The notes under the pieces: generated by a model
Databases searched by the model: none
Told to the model about the DNA's origin: nothing
Seen by the model: only the letters and a program-made list of their open reading frames with translations
Shown here: positions 1 to 10,037 of the stretch, in pieces
Numbering within the stretch: the stretch's first letter is position 1
Layout: each line of letters opens with the position of its first letter
Position numbers and translations under genes: made by a program
Assembly (NCBI GenBank): GCA_049999805.1
Contig: JBNGIO010006279.1
Location: 436,167-487,814 of the forward strand
Source of the DNA: Folioceros fuciformis
Taxonomy: Eukaryota
DNA: 51,648 nucleotides
Direction: 5' to 3'

Positions 1-1723
1 GCGCAACAGTTATAGTGAGGTAACCTGGTCGACGTGCAAAACAAGAAGAAAGGATACCAAACGCAATATGAGGATCACCGATTAGTGAGAGGTCCATGAT
101 ATGAGCCAAATCTTCATCCAACGCTTCATCCACAAACCTATGAACAAAATCAAGAGGTCCCACAGGCACACCCAAGACTCGAAGTCCCTGCGAGGGGGTG
201 ATATCCCCCCCCAAATATTGAAGAGGGGGGTGTGATGCTTGAAGGGGACCAAACCCTGCATTTAGATAGCTTGACCTGCAACCCCACCTTAGAGAGCTCT
301 AATGAGAAGAAATCAAATGTTGCTTTGACTGTGACTCCTTGCCCAAAAATATGAGTGTCATCAGCCACGGAAGGGAAAAGGCATTGCCGAAATGCTAAGG
401 CAATAGAGGACAACGCACGAAAATGCGCCATTGCTAAAAGAGCACCCCCCAACGGATCCCCTTGCCTTGTGCTTGTTGCTGAATCAAAAACTAAGACCTC
501 CTCAATAGTCGGGCCGTGTTGGTAGTAAAGCTTGGATGGCGAGCCATAGAAGGAGCGAACAAAAGGGAGTGGGGTGCAAGATGCGCTTGGAAGTACTCCC
601 GAAGTTGAATTGCGATACTTTGGCTGATAAGGCTCAAAAATACCTCCCCCATAATAATAGGGCACACTCCTGAGGTGGGCTTTTCCAATGCAAGTAGCCT
701 ACTAGCCGCCAAAACTTGAAAGATTTGATTGGGAACTTTGTCCCTAGCCTCAGCAGCTACTAGTGTATAAAGCTCCGAAAAACCACTTGAGGGATCCTCA
801 GGAGAAAAATAATCTCGAAAATGGTCATAAGCTGTGCCAGACAAACCCCCTGAAGAAAGTCGCGGCGCAGAAGAGAGTGCAAGCCCAAAAACAACCCTAT
901 CCAAGCAAAAAGGCTCCTTGACCGTGTGGTCAAGAAGATCTTGCGATATAGTGTCATGAGGTTCTGAATGAAGGGCACGAAGTGCAGCAATGGTGTCCTC
1001 AGTTGCAGATGCAGCCGGCTCTGGGCACAATGTTCTAGCAGACCGAGCATATTCACCATCCTTGCCCAACATGAGACACCGCTTGAGATGCGCTTTAAAT
1101 GGGTCATGGCATACCTTGTCAACCTTAGCTGACTCCAATCGAGATTTTGCTGCTAGTAGATCCTCCTCCTAAAGAGCTTGCCAATCTCCGGATCGAAAAC
1201 GGCGAAGTTGAGAGGCCACCTCCCTATGACCTGACGGACCACCCCTAGAGCGTCGAAGACACCATCTAGGCAAGAAAAGGAACAAAATCCAAGCACCCTC
1301 ATCCCTCGGGTGCCGAGCAAGGCGATCCAAGGGAAAACGATAAGCAAGGCGGATATCATCATGTAGGCGCCTAGGGAGACGTCGGAAGAGGCGAGGACAT
1401 GGAAAGCGAGCATGGAAAAGAGCCAACAAGTGATCAGATTGCCCTCGAAGCCACAACCAAGCCTTCGGGGACGGCCCTAGAGGATCGGTTAGAAGAGGAT
1501 TGGTAGCTGGTTCGGAGGAAGAAGCAAGTCGCACTTGTGCCACCCAAGTGGTCCTATCAAAGTCCTTATGCTTGTGACCAATATGGCACTTCTCCCCCTT
1601 GACCCCGGAGCAAAGTTGAGAACACACTAGGCAAGGGGTGTCCTTGACAAGTAAAGGCTGGGTGTCACGCACCATGTGATAAAGGCATGTAGAAAGTCTT
1701 GTAAAATGATCAAAACCAAACAA
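1..1723 (-). mobile_element. Degenerate non-LTR retrotransposon ORF, early-branching CRE/Zepp-like type (N-terminal C2H2 zinc finger + reverse transcriptase); runs off the window edge
   Basis: Frameshifted ORFs 1169..1723, 491..1138, 150..665 and 1..200 give C2H2 CLVCSQLCSGVKGEKCHIGHKH, LLALEKPTSGVCPIIMGE (GVRPIAVGE-like), RQGDPLGGALL, FPSVADD, GLQVKLSKCRVW and GLRVLGVPVG. A stop, several frameshifts and an apparent deletion of the DxxNAFN block show it is dead. Confidence 0.8.
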
Positions 1724-1739
1724 TTGTACTTCTCATTAT

Positions 1740-2240
1740 AACCCATAACCCTATAATGCCCTCTATATGCTCTACTCTAAGCCGCTCAACCCTAGACCCA
1801 TTTTGCTCCACAATGTTTATAAAACGCTAAACCCACTTTTCTACATCGTGTAACTAAACCCTAAACCTATTCAGCTTTGCCATGTCACTAAACCCTAAAC
1901 CCATTTTTGCTTCGTAATGCTGATAAAACTCTAATCCATTTTTCTCCATCATGTCGCTACACTCTAAACCCCACTCCACTTTGCCGTGCGGCTAAACCCT
2001 AAGCTATTCTGCTCCATCATGTCGCTAGATTCTAAACCTATTTTTCTCCGCAATGCCTCTAAACCCTATATCCATTCTCCCCCACCATGCCCTAAATCCA
2101 TTCTGCTGCTCCCACGCTTGTAAACTGTAAACCCTTGTTGCTCTGCCGTGCCACTAAACCCTAATCTCATTCCGCTATACTATTTTACTAAACACCAAAC
2201 TCATTTCGCTTTGCCCTGCCGCTAAACCCTAAACCTTACT
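1740..2240. repeat. Degenerate ~38-40 bp minisatellite built around plant telomere motif (CTAAACCCTAAACC)
   Basis: About a dozen recurrences of (c)taaaccctaaacc or variants, e.g. 1854, 1888, 1992, 2153 and 2222, separated by tttt/ctcc/catgtc spacers. Confidence 0.75.
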
Positions 2241-2534
2241 TGCTTGCTCCACCATGTCGGTATACTATTTTCATCCAGTATACCATTCCTACAAGCAATT
2301 CTACACCACTCGTACACCACCATATATACTAGTGCTGAATGCTTGAACCTAATTATGTATGTACGGTAAGCCTACTCCACCGCCTTCCTTACGTGGACAC
2401 AAACGCACACCCAAGCCCTAATGAACATAGCCTTGCCCTACATCACTTTGCATCATCCAAACTCTTCCTCCAAAGAGCACCTCTTAGAAACCCTAGGCCC
2501 ATAGCCGCGTAATGGCATAGCAAAGTTGCGCACA

Positions 2535-2730
2535 CACCTATGCCATACCACCACCCTACGCTCCATGTTCATCACCACCGCCCTACTCTCCATCACCACT
2601 GCCCTATGCTTACCATCGCCGTACGCACCATCATCATCGCCCTATGCTCACCATCATGACCGCCTTATGCTCACCATCGCCCTACGCACCATCACCACCA
2701 CTCTACGCTCCATCACCACTCCATCTACAT
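2535..2730. repeat. Low-complexity C/A-rich tandem repeat (ccatcaccaccgccctacgct-like units)
   Basis: Repeated catcaccac / cgccctatgct / ctacgctcc units of about 18-24 bp. Confidence 0.6.
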
Positions 2731-2935
2731 ATACACTATAAATTATGCAAGGTGTGCAAATTACACATGCCATGTAATTTTACTAACTTTACAGGTGTAA
2801 CCCTGTATTTTGTTGCAATTTAAGTGTAATAAAAAATCACATTTACTGACCCCTTACGAAGAGGTCCGGTAATTTATACCGTAATTTATATTGATAATAT
2901 AAAATGTAAAATAGATAAAATATAAAACCATAAGG

Positions 2936-3483
2936 TGACATTTTCACCTTGCGGAAGCAATTTTGGCAAGACTTGAGCGAGTGGGAGCGTAATCAAAGAC
3001 GCAGGCAGGCCGTGTGACGTCGGGACGCGGGAATAGGGAGGCTGCAGAGCAAGGCGTTGTGAGCTTGGCTTCAGCTTGGCTCGGCTAAGTTGGCTTCGGC
3101 TTCGAGCAGCGGCAGGGGGGCTGGGTTTGGGGCCCCACCTCATGTGCCTCCGCATCATAGGTCAGGGGAAGTGACGGTGGTTTGTTCATGGCGCATACAA
3201 GTTCGCTGACATCGAGCATAGTATTTATCTTTGATAGTTCAATACTATTTGGGATGTAGGTCATCGATCTATAGCAATATTATTCTAACTTTTGTTGGTG
3301 TTATCACCGTATATGTGCACGTTGGGGATACGGGTGTGAATATGTACTAAGAAACATGTCAGGATTTGAACCGCGTTGGTCAGCAATATGGAATACCGAT
3401 ACGGTCACGGTGTCTTTTACAGAAACTTTTCCTCGGCGGTATATGTTCCAAACATCTGGACGTAACACATCTGCCCTCTTCGG
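2936..3483 (-). mobile_element. Possible LTR remnant with polypurine tract (Ty3/gypsy-like)
   Basis: On the minus strand, purine-rich GAAGAGGGCAGATG is followed by TGTTAC (3467), and ~530 nt later by TTGCTTCCGC...TGTCA (2936), a typical LTR end. No partner LTR or coding region is seen. Confidence 0.3.
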
Positions 3484-3795
3484 TCGTAGGGGGCCATCTA
3501 GGTCTCCCGATTGGGACACCTACATTATCATAATATTTTCTCCCCTCCCTCACACGTTCGGATATATCTCTCTCCACTCATAGTCATTTACTTTTTTTTT
3601 TTTGTTAGGGTTAGGGCTTGTGGGTTCAGCATCCCAGCGGCCCTCAACGTTCAGCGTTTTGTCTTTTGTGCACACATTTCTCCCGCTCCATGCACACCCC
3701 ATCCTGCCTCGGTTTCATTTCTGAGTTTTCGCCACTCCATTCTAGAACCTATTGAAGGGGACGTCCCTTCCTGCCTTCATATGCAATCACATGGA

Positions 3796-5118
3796 TGTGA
3801 GGAGGACAAGGGGGACAAACAAACGGTAGGGAATGAAATGACCACTTTTATTTCACAACCCATGAGTGCAAGGCAAAGCTACAAAGGGTCTCACCCCACA
3901 ACAAACACGTTCTTAAGGCATTGGATGAAGGATCGCTAGGGGAGAAACATGATGAAGGAGGAGAGGAGAAAGCAAGGTCTCTTTATTGCAAAGGAGCTCA
4001 AGAGGGTATTCATACCCTCTAGAAGAGCTCCGAAGGAAGCTTCACAAGAAGCTCACAGGAAGCTGCACAAAAAGCTTTCTAAAGATTAGCTTAAGCCAAT
4101 CTAAACAAATGATACTTAATTAGACACTAATCTTATACTAAACACATTAGTCTAAGCATATTGGGCTTTAATAACCCTACAACCTCCCACTTAAAGGCCA
4201 ATTTACCTTCATAGGAGAGTGGTCTACCTCATGCCCGTGAGTGTTCGAGCTTGTGCGAATTGCTCCGTATAGAGCCCCTTGGTAAGAATATCTATAGGGT
4301 TCTAAGTGGTGTGAACTTTAACAAGCTGTACCCTCTTGTTTTCCAACACCCCTCGAATGAAGTGATACTTCACTTCCACATGTTTGGTCTTCGCATGAAA
4401 CACTGGATTCTTTGCCAATTGGATAGCACTTTGGCTATCACAATGCAACACTGGCAGCTCAACCTTGATCCCCAAGTCTTCCACTAAACGAGCAAGCTAC
4501 ATGGCTTCTTTGCAAGCCTCAGTCGCTGCAATATACTCGGCCTCTGTGGTAGATAGCGCTATGCACGATTGCAAACGAGATCGCCATGAGATTGCCCCTC
4601 CAGTGCGCATGCAGACATAACCTGTTGTGGACCTCCTTTTGTCTATATCCCCTGCATAGTCAGCATCCGTATATCCAAGGACAAATGCATCTTCACTACC
4701 AAAACATATGCACAAAGCTTTTGTACCATTTAAATACCCCATAACTCCTTTTACTGCCTCCCAATGCTTCTTGCCAAGGTGTGACATAAACATGTTAAAC
4801 ACTCCCACTGCAAAAGCAATGTCAGGACGTGTAGCAATCATTGCATACATCAAACTCTCTATAGCTGATGAGTATGAAACCTTCTCCATTTCAACTTTGT
4901 TCTTCGCAGAGCTTGGGCAATCTTTGCCTGAAAGTTTCACATATGGAGGCAATAGAGTACTCAATACCTTCTCCTTCTCCATGTTAAATCGTTGAAGCAC
5001 CCTGTTAATGTATTCAATCTGAGACAAGTAAAGCAAATGCTTATGTTTGTCTCAACGAATACGCATGCCAAGAATATGGCTGGCCTCTCCCAAGTCTGTC
5101 ATGTCAAAGCGAGCATTC
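3796..5118 (-). mobile_element. Ty1/copia LTR retrotransposon 3' fragment: RT-RNaseH, PPT and 3' LTR (3796..4181)
   Basis: ORFs 4497..5036 and 4302..4484 carry YSSAIESLMYAMIATRPDIAFAVG, GYTDADYAGD, ALSTTEAEY, CDSQSAI and HAKTKHVEVKYHFIR, split by an in-frame stop. Minus-strand PPT AAGTGGGAGGT is followed by TGTAGGG...CCTCACA (386-bp TG..CA LTR). Confidence 0.9.
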
Positions 5119-5296
5119 TGTTAGAGTAAATATCTTTTTATCCTAGGTTAATCTGACTTAAGTTAGTGGTTAATTACCATAACTACAGTTAATACTTTTA
5201 TTTGTATATATTTGGACATCATTCATTATTCAAGTGCTTTTTTACAATTCTCTTTGTTCACAGAATATTTCCGCAGCGTATCGTGGCATCACAGCC
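5119..5296 (+). mobile_element. Short LTR (~165 bp) followed by tRNA-iMet-type primer binding site, truncating the copia element
   Basis: Starts TGTTAG exactly where copia RT homology stops. It is AT-rich and ends TTCCGCAGCGTATCG, followed by TGGCATCACAGCC (11/13 match to TGGTATCAGAGCC). Confidence 0.6.
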
Positions 5297-5951
5297 CAAA
5301 ACAACATTTTGATTTGTAGCATTGGTCAGATGTATGTGCACATGAGTCTCACTCAGCAATCTGCTGAATGGGAACGTGTGTGCTAAGGTTCTGGTCAGTA
5401 CCTACACAATTTCGAAGTGTTCGAAGATGTTCATGGGTGCCTAAGGAAAAATTTCTAAATAATTTTTCTAGATCAGCCACATGAGGCAGAGGCACTATGG
5501 CCAAAGGCAGAGGGCGTCGGGTTCTTGAGCCACTTCTGCAGCAAGTTGCTTGTGATCTGCCTGCATGTCCAAAACGGAGAGATGTGAGGAATTTATTCGG
5601 GAGTGCCCGATTACCAACAGAGAAAAGACAACCTGGATGTTTTCGAAAGGGATACAGGCTTCGAGTGAATCGAGTAGGTGCCCTGGAGCGGTGTCAAGAA
5701 CTCTGTGATGAGTTTCGGGGATCCTTGTTGCCGTTGAATCCAGGTGCATAGGATCTCGTCATTTATGAAGTCTCTCCTGGACGTATCACCTTCCGGTACT
5801 GAATCCTTGGGGAATTCTCATTCATGCCTTGTGTGTCTTTGCATCTCCACAAACCACCTATCAGTACGCCCGAATGGTGTGGTCATGCACATCACCTGGG
5901 CAATTTGCCTGTCTGTGATAACATTCGTCTTCAGACAACGGTCCCTGAAGG

Positions 5952-8900
5952 ATGCCCACGGTATGCAAACCGGACTCGATGTCCACCCGACAAATTGGTT
6001 TGGGTACAGGGATTCTACCAGGATCTGCAGCAAATAGATCCTCCAGGTGCAGCACTGTAATGAGCCCAGCACTTCCCCTTCTGAGAAAATGTGTGGGTAG
6101 GGGCTGGTTACCGAGCAATGGTTGCTGCCACGAGCAGGAGCAGGAACACGAACAGGAGTTCTTGTGGCAACAATTTTTCCTGGACCCTACCATGTGGTGG
6201 GACAGAAGACGAGATAAGAGGAGCTCCCGTTCGCCTGATTTCCGACGGAAGGGGTCCGGCGAGCTGCTGTGGTTAAACAACATGTTCAAGCCAGCTTGGG
6301 TTGATGAGCAGCTCGGTTCCTTGGATGTGCAGATGGGCCATGGGGTCTCTCCTTATGAGTCCAGCCCACCGGATAAGCCTGAACCTGGGAGGCATGCAGG
6401 GTCGGCAATGAGCGTCGTCACGCCTGGAACAGTGAGCATGTTATGTCAGCAGGGGAAGCTTCTGGAGGCCGTCGGAGCCCTGGAATGTCTGGCGCAGTCA
6501 GACTCGGTCGTTTCCGAGTCTCTGCTTTACACTGTGCTCAAACTGTGTACAGCGAAGAAGGATTTGGTTGTGGGGCGACGAGTTCATGATCTCATTGCCA
6601 AATTTGGGTATGGATCGAGTGCGTACTTGAAGAATCATGTCTTGCGCATGTATGCAAGTGGAGGTAGGCTGCAGGAGGCCATGGATGTGTTCACCAGGAT
6701 GGGGAAACCAAATGTTTTCATGTGGTTCTCCATTATTTCTGCACATTCTAAGCACGGGAAACCTCATGACGCCATACAATTGTACCTTGAGATGCGTAGG
6801 TCAGGAGTGCAGGGTGATGCTCACGTCTTTGCAGCTACGCTTCAAGCTTGTGCATTTGCCGCCGACTTGGAATCTGGCAGAAAAGTGCACAGTGATGTGG
6901 TGCAGAGTGGCATTCCTACTAACTTGTTTGTTGGGACCTGCCTGGTGGACATGTATGCAAAATGTGGCCAACTGGATGAGGCACGACAGGTTTTTGACAG
7001 CTTAGCCACGAAGAATGTGGTGACATGGACCGCCCTGATTGCTGGGTATGCACAGCAAGGGCGTGGGCATGAGGCGCTTGTCGTGTATGGACAAATGGAG
7101 CAGGAGGGCGTGGTTTTGGCTAACCATGCTACTTTTGCTTGCCTTCTGAAGGCTTGTGCAAGCACAGGTGCCTTGCAGAAAGGTAGGCAGCTGCATTCAC
7201 AGGTTGTCGAAAGAGGACTGCTGGATGATGTAGTGGTGGGCACCTGCCTGGTGGACATGTATGCAAAATGTGGTGAACTGGAAGATGCACGCCAGGTTTT
7301 TGATGCCATGGCCACAAAGGATGTGGTGACATGGACAGTGCTGATCGCTGGGTATGGACAGCAAGGATGCGGCCAAGAGGCACTTGTTGTGTATGAACAG
7401 ATGGAGCAGGAAGATCTGCTGCTGGCTAACGATGCTACTTTTGCTTGCCTTCTTAAGGCTTGTGCAAGCACTGGTGCCTTACAGACGGGCAGGCGGCTGC
7501 ACTCACAGATTGTTGAAAGAGGACTGCTGGATGACGTGGTGGTGGGCTCCTGCCTGGTCGACATGTACGCAAAATTGGGTGAACTGAAAGACGCGCGCCA
7601 GGTTTTTGACATGATGAACACGAAGAATGTGGTGACATGGAATGCCCTCATCGTTGGGTATGTACAGCAAGGGCTCGGTCATGAGGCGCTTGTCGTGTAT
7701 GGACAAATGGAGCAGGAGGGCCTAATGTCAGCTAACCATGTCACTTTTGCTTCCCTTCTGAAGGCCTGTGCAAGCACTGGTTCCTTACAAAAAGGCAGGC
7801 AGCTGCACACGCAGATTGTTGAACGAGGACTGCTGGATGACAATGTGTTGGGGAGTTGCCTGCTGGACATGTATACAAAATGTGGTGAACTGGAAGATGC
7901 ACGCCAGGTTTTTAACACCATGGCCTCAAAGGATGTGGTAACCTGGACAGCGCTGATGGCTGGGTATGCACAGCAAGGATTCGGCCAAGAGGCGCTTGTT
8001 TTGTATGGAGAAATGGAGGAGGTGGGCCTCATTTTGGCCAACAATGTCACGTTTGCTTGCCTTCTGAAGGCCTGTGCAGGCACTGGTGCGTTGCAGACGG
8101 GCAGGCAGCTGCACTCACAGATTGTCGAAAGAGGACTGTTGGCTGACGTGCTGGTGGGCAACGGCCTGGTAGACATGTATGCAAAATGTGGTGAACTGGA
8201 AGATGCGCGCCAAGTTTTTGACAGCATGAATTCGAAGGACGTGGTGACATGGAATGCCCTGATCGCTGGCTATACACAGCAAGGACTGGGCCAAGAGGCG
8301 CTTGTGGTGTATGGAGAAATGGAGGAGGCGGGCCTCATTTTGTCTGACCATGTGACCTTTGCTTGCCTTCTGAAGGCGTGTGCAAGCACTGGTGCCTTAC
8401 AGAAGGGGATGCAGCTGCACTCACAGATCGTGAAAAGAGGACTGCTGGATAACGCAGTGCTGAACAACTGCCTGGTAGATATGTATGCAAAATGTGGCAA
8501 ACTAGATTCTGCACGCAGGGTTTTTGACAGCTTAGCGACAAAGGATGTGGTGACATGGAACGCCATGATATCTGGGTACGGTGCTTGTGATGAAGGTCAC
8601 AAAGCACTAGCTTGTTTTGAGGAGATGTTAGTGGACGGAGTTCAGCCTGACGATGCAACTTTTACTTGCCTTCTAGCTGCATGCAGTCATGAGGGACTGG
8701 TCCACGAGGGTCGCAAGCACTTCGCTTCCATGGCTGAACAGCATGGCATCAAACCTACACTTGAGCATCACAGTTGCATGATTGATCTTCTTGGTCGTGC
8801 TGGCCATTTAGATGAGGCAGAGAAGATTCTATTAGCATGTGAGGAGCAAAGTAACGTCGTGGGCTTGACGTCCATGTTGAATGCCTGCAAACGTCATGGG

Positions 8901-9458
8901 GATATAGAGAGAGCGGTGTGGTGTTTCGAACACATTGTTAGGCTGGACCCTCAAAGGGCGTCGGCATATGTGCTCATGGCCAATGCCTACGCAGATGCAG
9001 GTATGTGGACCGATGTAGACAGGATTGAAACACAGAGAAGGGCAGCGGGGGCAAACAAAAAACCTGCAGTGGCAACCATTGAAGTGAATAAGGAGGTGCA
9101 CAGATTCCTGGTGGGAGAAAGGAGAGAGGATATTGCACATCAGGTAGAGAGTACAAGTGCACGCCTGAAGCAGGAAGGTCATATACCTCACACAAAGTTG
9201 GTGTTGAAGCCAATGTCTGAGAAGGGAAAGGAAGATGCGCTCTGTGGGCATGCTGAGAAGCTGGCTCTGGCCTTTGGTCTCGTGAACACTCCAAGTGGGA
9301 CCCCTCTGATTGTAACAAAGAATCTACGCATGTGTAGTGACTGCCACACTTCCACGGAGATCATGTCAAGGCTTGAACAGAGAGACATCGTTGTAAGGGA
9401 TGGGTACCGGGTTCATCGATTTGCAGCTGGTCGTTGCAGTTGCAAGGGTCGACCATGA
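5952..9458 (+). CDS. PLS-class PPR protein with N-terminal PDF-like motif, E1/E2 and DYW:KP deaminase domain ending GRP (putative U-to-C organellar RNA editing factor); start at 5952 or 6060
   Basis: Single-exon 1168-aa ORF with ~23 P/L/S motifs and 306-bp triplets. KKPAVATIEV replaces the PG box; also HAEKLA, KNLRMCSDCH and the C-terminus RCSCKGRP. Confidence 0.95.
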   Translation: MPTVCKPDSMSTRQIGLGTGILPGSAANRSSRCSTVMSPALPLLRKCVGRGWLPSNGCCHEQEQEHEQEFLWQQFFLDPTMWWDRRRDKRSSRSPDFRRKGSGELLWLNNMFKPAWVDEQLGSLDVQMGHGVSPYESSPPDKPEPGRHAGSAMSVVTPGTVSMLCQQGKLLEAVGALECLAQSDSVVSESLLYTVLKLCTAKKDLVVGRRVHDLIAKFGYGSSAYLKNHVLRMYASGGRLQEAMDVFTRMGKPNVFMWFSIISAHSKHGKPHDAIQLYLEMRRSGVQGDAHVFAATLQACAFAADLESGRKVHSDVVQSGIPTNLFVGTCLVDMYAKCGQLDEARQVFDSLATKNVVTWTALIAGYAQQGRGHEALVVYGQMEQEGVVLANHATFACLLKACASTGALQKGRQLHSQVVERGLLDDVVVGTCLVDMYAKCGELEDARQVFDAMATKDVVTWTVLIAGYGQQGCGQEALVVYEQMEQEDLLLANDATFACLLKACASTGALQTGRRLHSQIVERGLLDDVVVGSCLVDMYAKLGELKDARQVFDMMNTKNVVTWNALIVGYVQQGLGHEALVVYGQMEQEGLMSANHVTFASLLKACASTGSLQKGRQLHTQIVERGLLDDNVLGSCLLDMYTKCGELEDARQVFNTMASKDVVTWTALMAGYAQQGFGQEALVLYGEMEEVGLILANNVTFACLLKACAGTGALQTGRQLHSQIVERGLLADVLVGNGLVDMYAKCGELEDARQVFDSMNSKDVVTWNALIAGYTQQGLGQEALVVYGEMEEAGLILSDHVTFACLLKACASTGALQKGMQLHSQIVKRGLLDNAVLNNCLVDMYAKCGKLDSARRVFDSLATKDVVTWNAMISGYGACDEGHKALACFEEMLVDGVQPDDATFTCLLAACSHEGLVHEGRKHFASMAEQHGIKPTLEHHSCMIDLLGRAGHLDEAEKILLACEEQSNVVGLTSMLNACKRHGDIERAVWCFEHIVRLDPQRASAYVLMANAYADAGMWTDVDRIETQRRAAGANKKPAVATIEVNKEVHRFLVGERREDIAHQVESTSARLKQEGHIPHTKLVLKPMSEKGKEDALCGHAEKLALAFGLVNTPSGTPLIVTKNLRMCSDCHTSTEIMSRLEQRDIVVRDGYRVHRFAAGRCSCKGRP

Positions 9459-10037
9459 GAACATTGAAGAAGTCGCCAGTGCTTAGTAGGGTGACTTTGC
9501 TCGCTTAGCTCCATTCCACTCCAAACTGAGACCTGGGCGTGATCCTGGGCTAGCTCAAACAGGCCATCACAGTCAAAAAAATTCTTCACGGGCCATCGCC
9601 ATCGATAAATTCTTCAGAGGTCAAAGGGATTAGAGATTTGACATGGTGCCTTTTCTTCTTAACTTTTTGGTTATATAGTGTAATTCTGGGTCATATCTGT
9701 ACGACGAAAGGCTTCGGTTCAAGGCTTTGCTTCAATGGCGGATAGTCCAGTTCAGCACTAGCTTAGACATGTATAGGTAGTTCAGTTCAGCACTAATTAT
9801 GCCTAGTGCCGAGGAGTAGAGGTAGTTCGACCTAATTGCCAATGACTTGTACGCTCATTCCGCGAACTCCTATGTCGGGCTGGATCGGTGTGTCTGGCTC
9901 GAAGACCGCAGGTGTCACAGCTCGGACTTGGAATTGGAACTTAGGGGTGGTGGCTTATGGAAGGGGACAAGGGAAGGCTGGATAGGTAAAGGGCAGGGTG
10001 GTGTACTGCATCGGATTGTGAAGAGGGTTTGGGGGCA

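Noticed and set aside
1740-2240. True telomere or chromosome-fusion scar
   Set aside because: The motifs are embedded in a longer degenerate unit rather than a pure (CCCTAAA)n tract, and there is no head-to-head inversion.
2526-2741. Extensin-like or Thr-rich ORF
   Set aside because: It is the translation of a low-complexity repeat inside TE debris, with a non-ATG start and no signal peptide.
5497-5751. 84-aa ORF upstream of the GRP gene as gag or as an extra PDF-like exon
   Set aside because: Only faint resemblance (LLQQ..D..RR), and I found no convincing in-frame splice to the PPR ORF.
6842-8566. Long repetitive antisense ORFs (6842..7651, 7679..8227, 8270..8566) and similar ones opposite the other PPR genes
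   Set aside because: They are shadows of the PPR repeats on the opposite strand and have no independent protein features.
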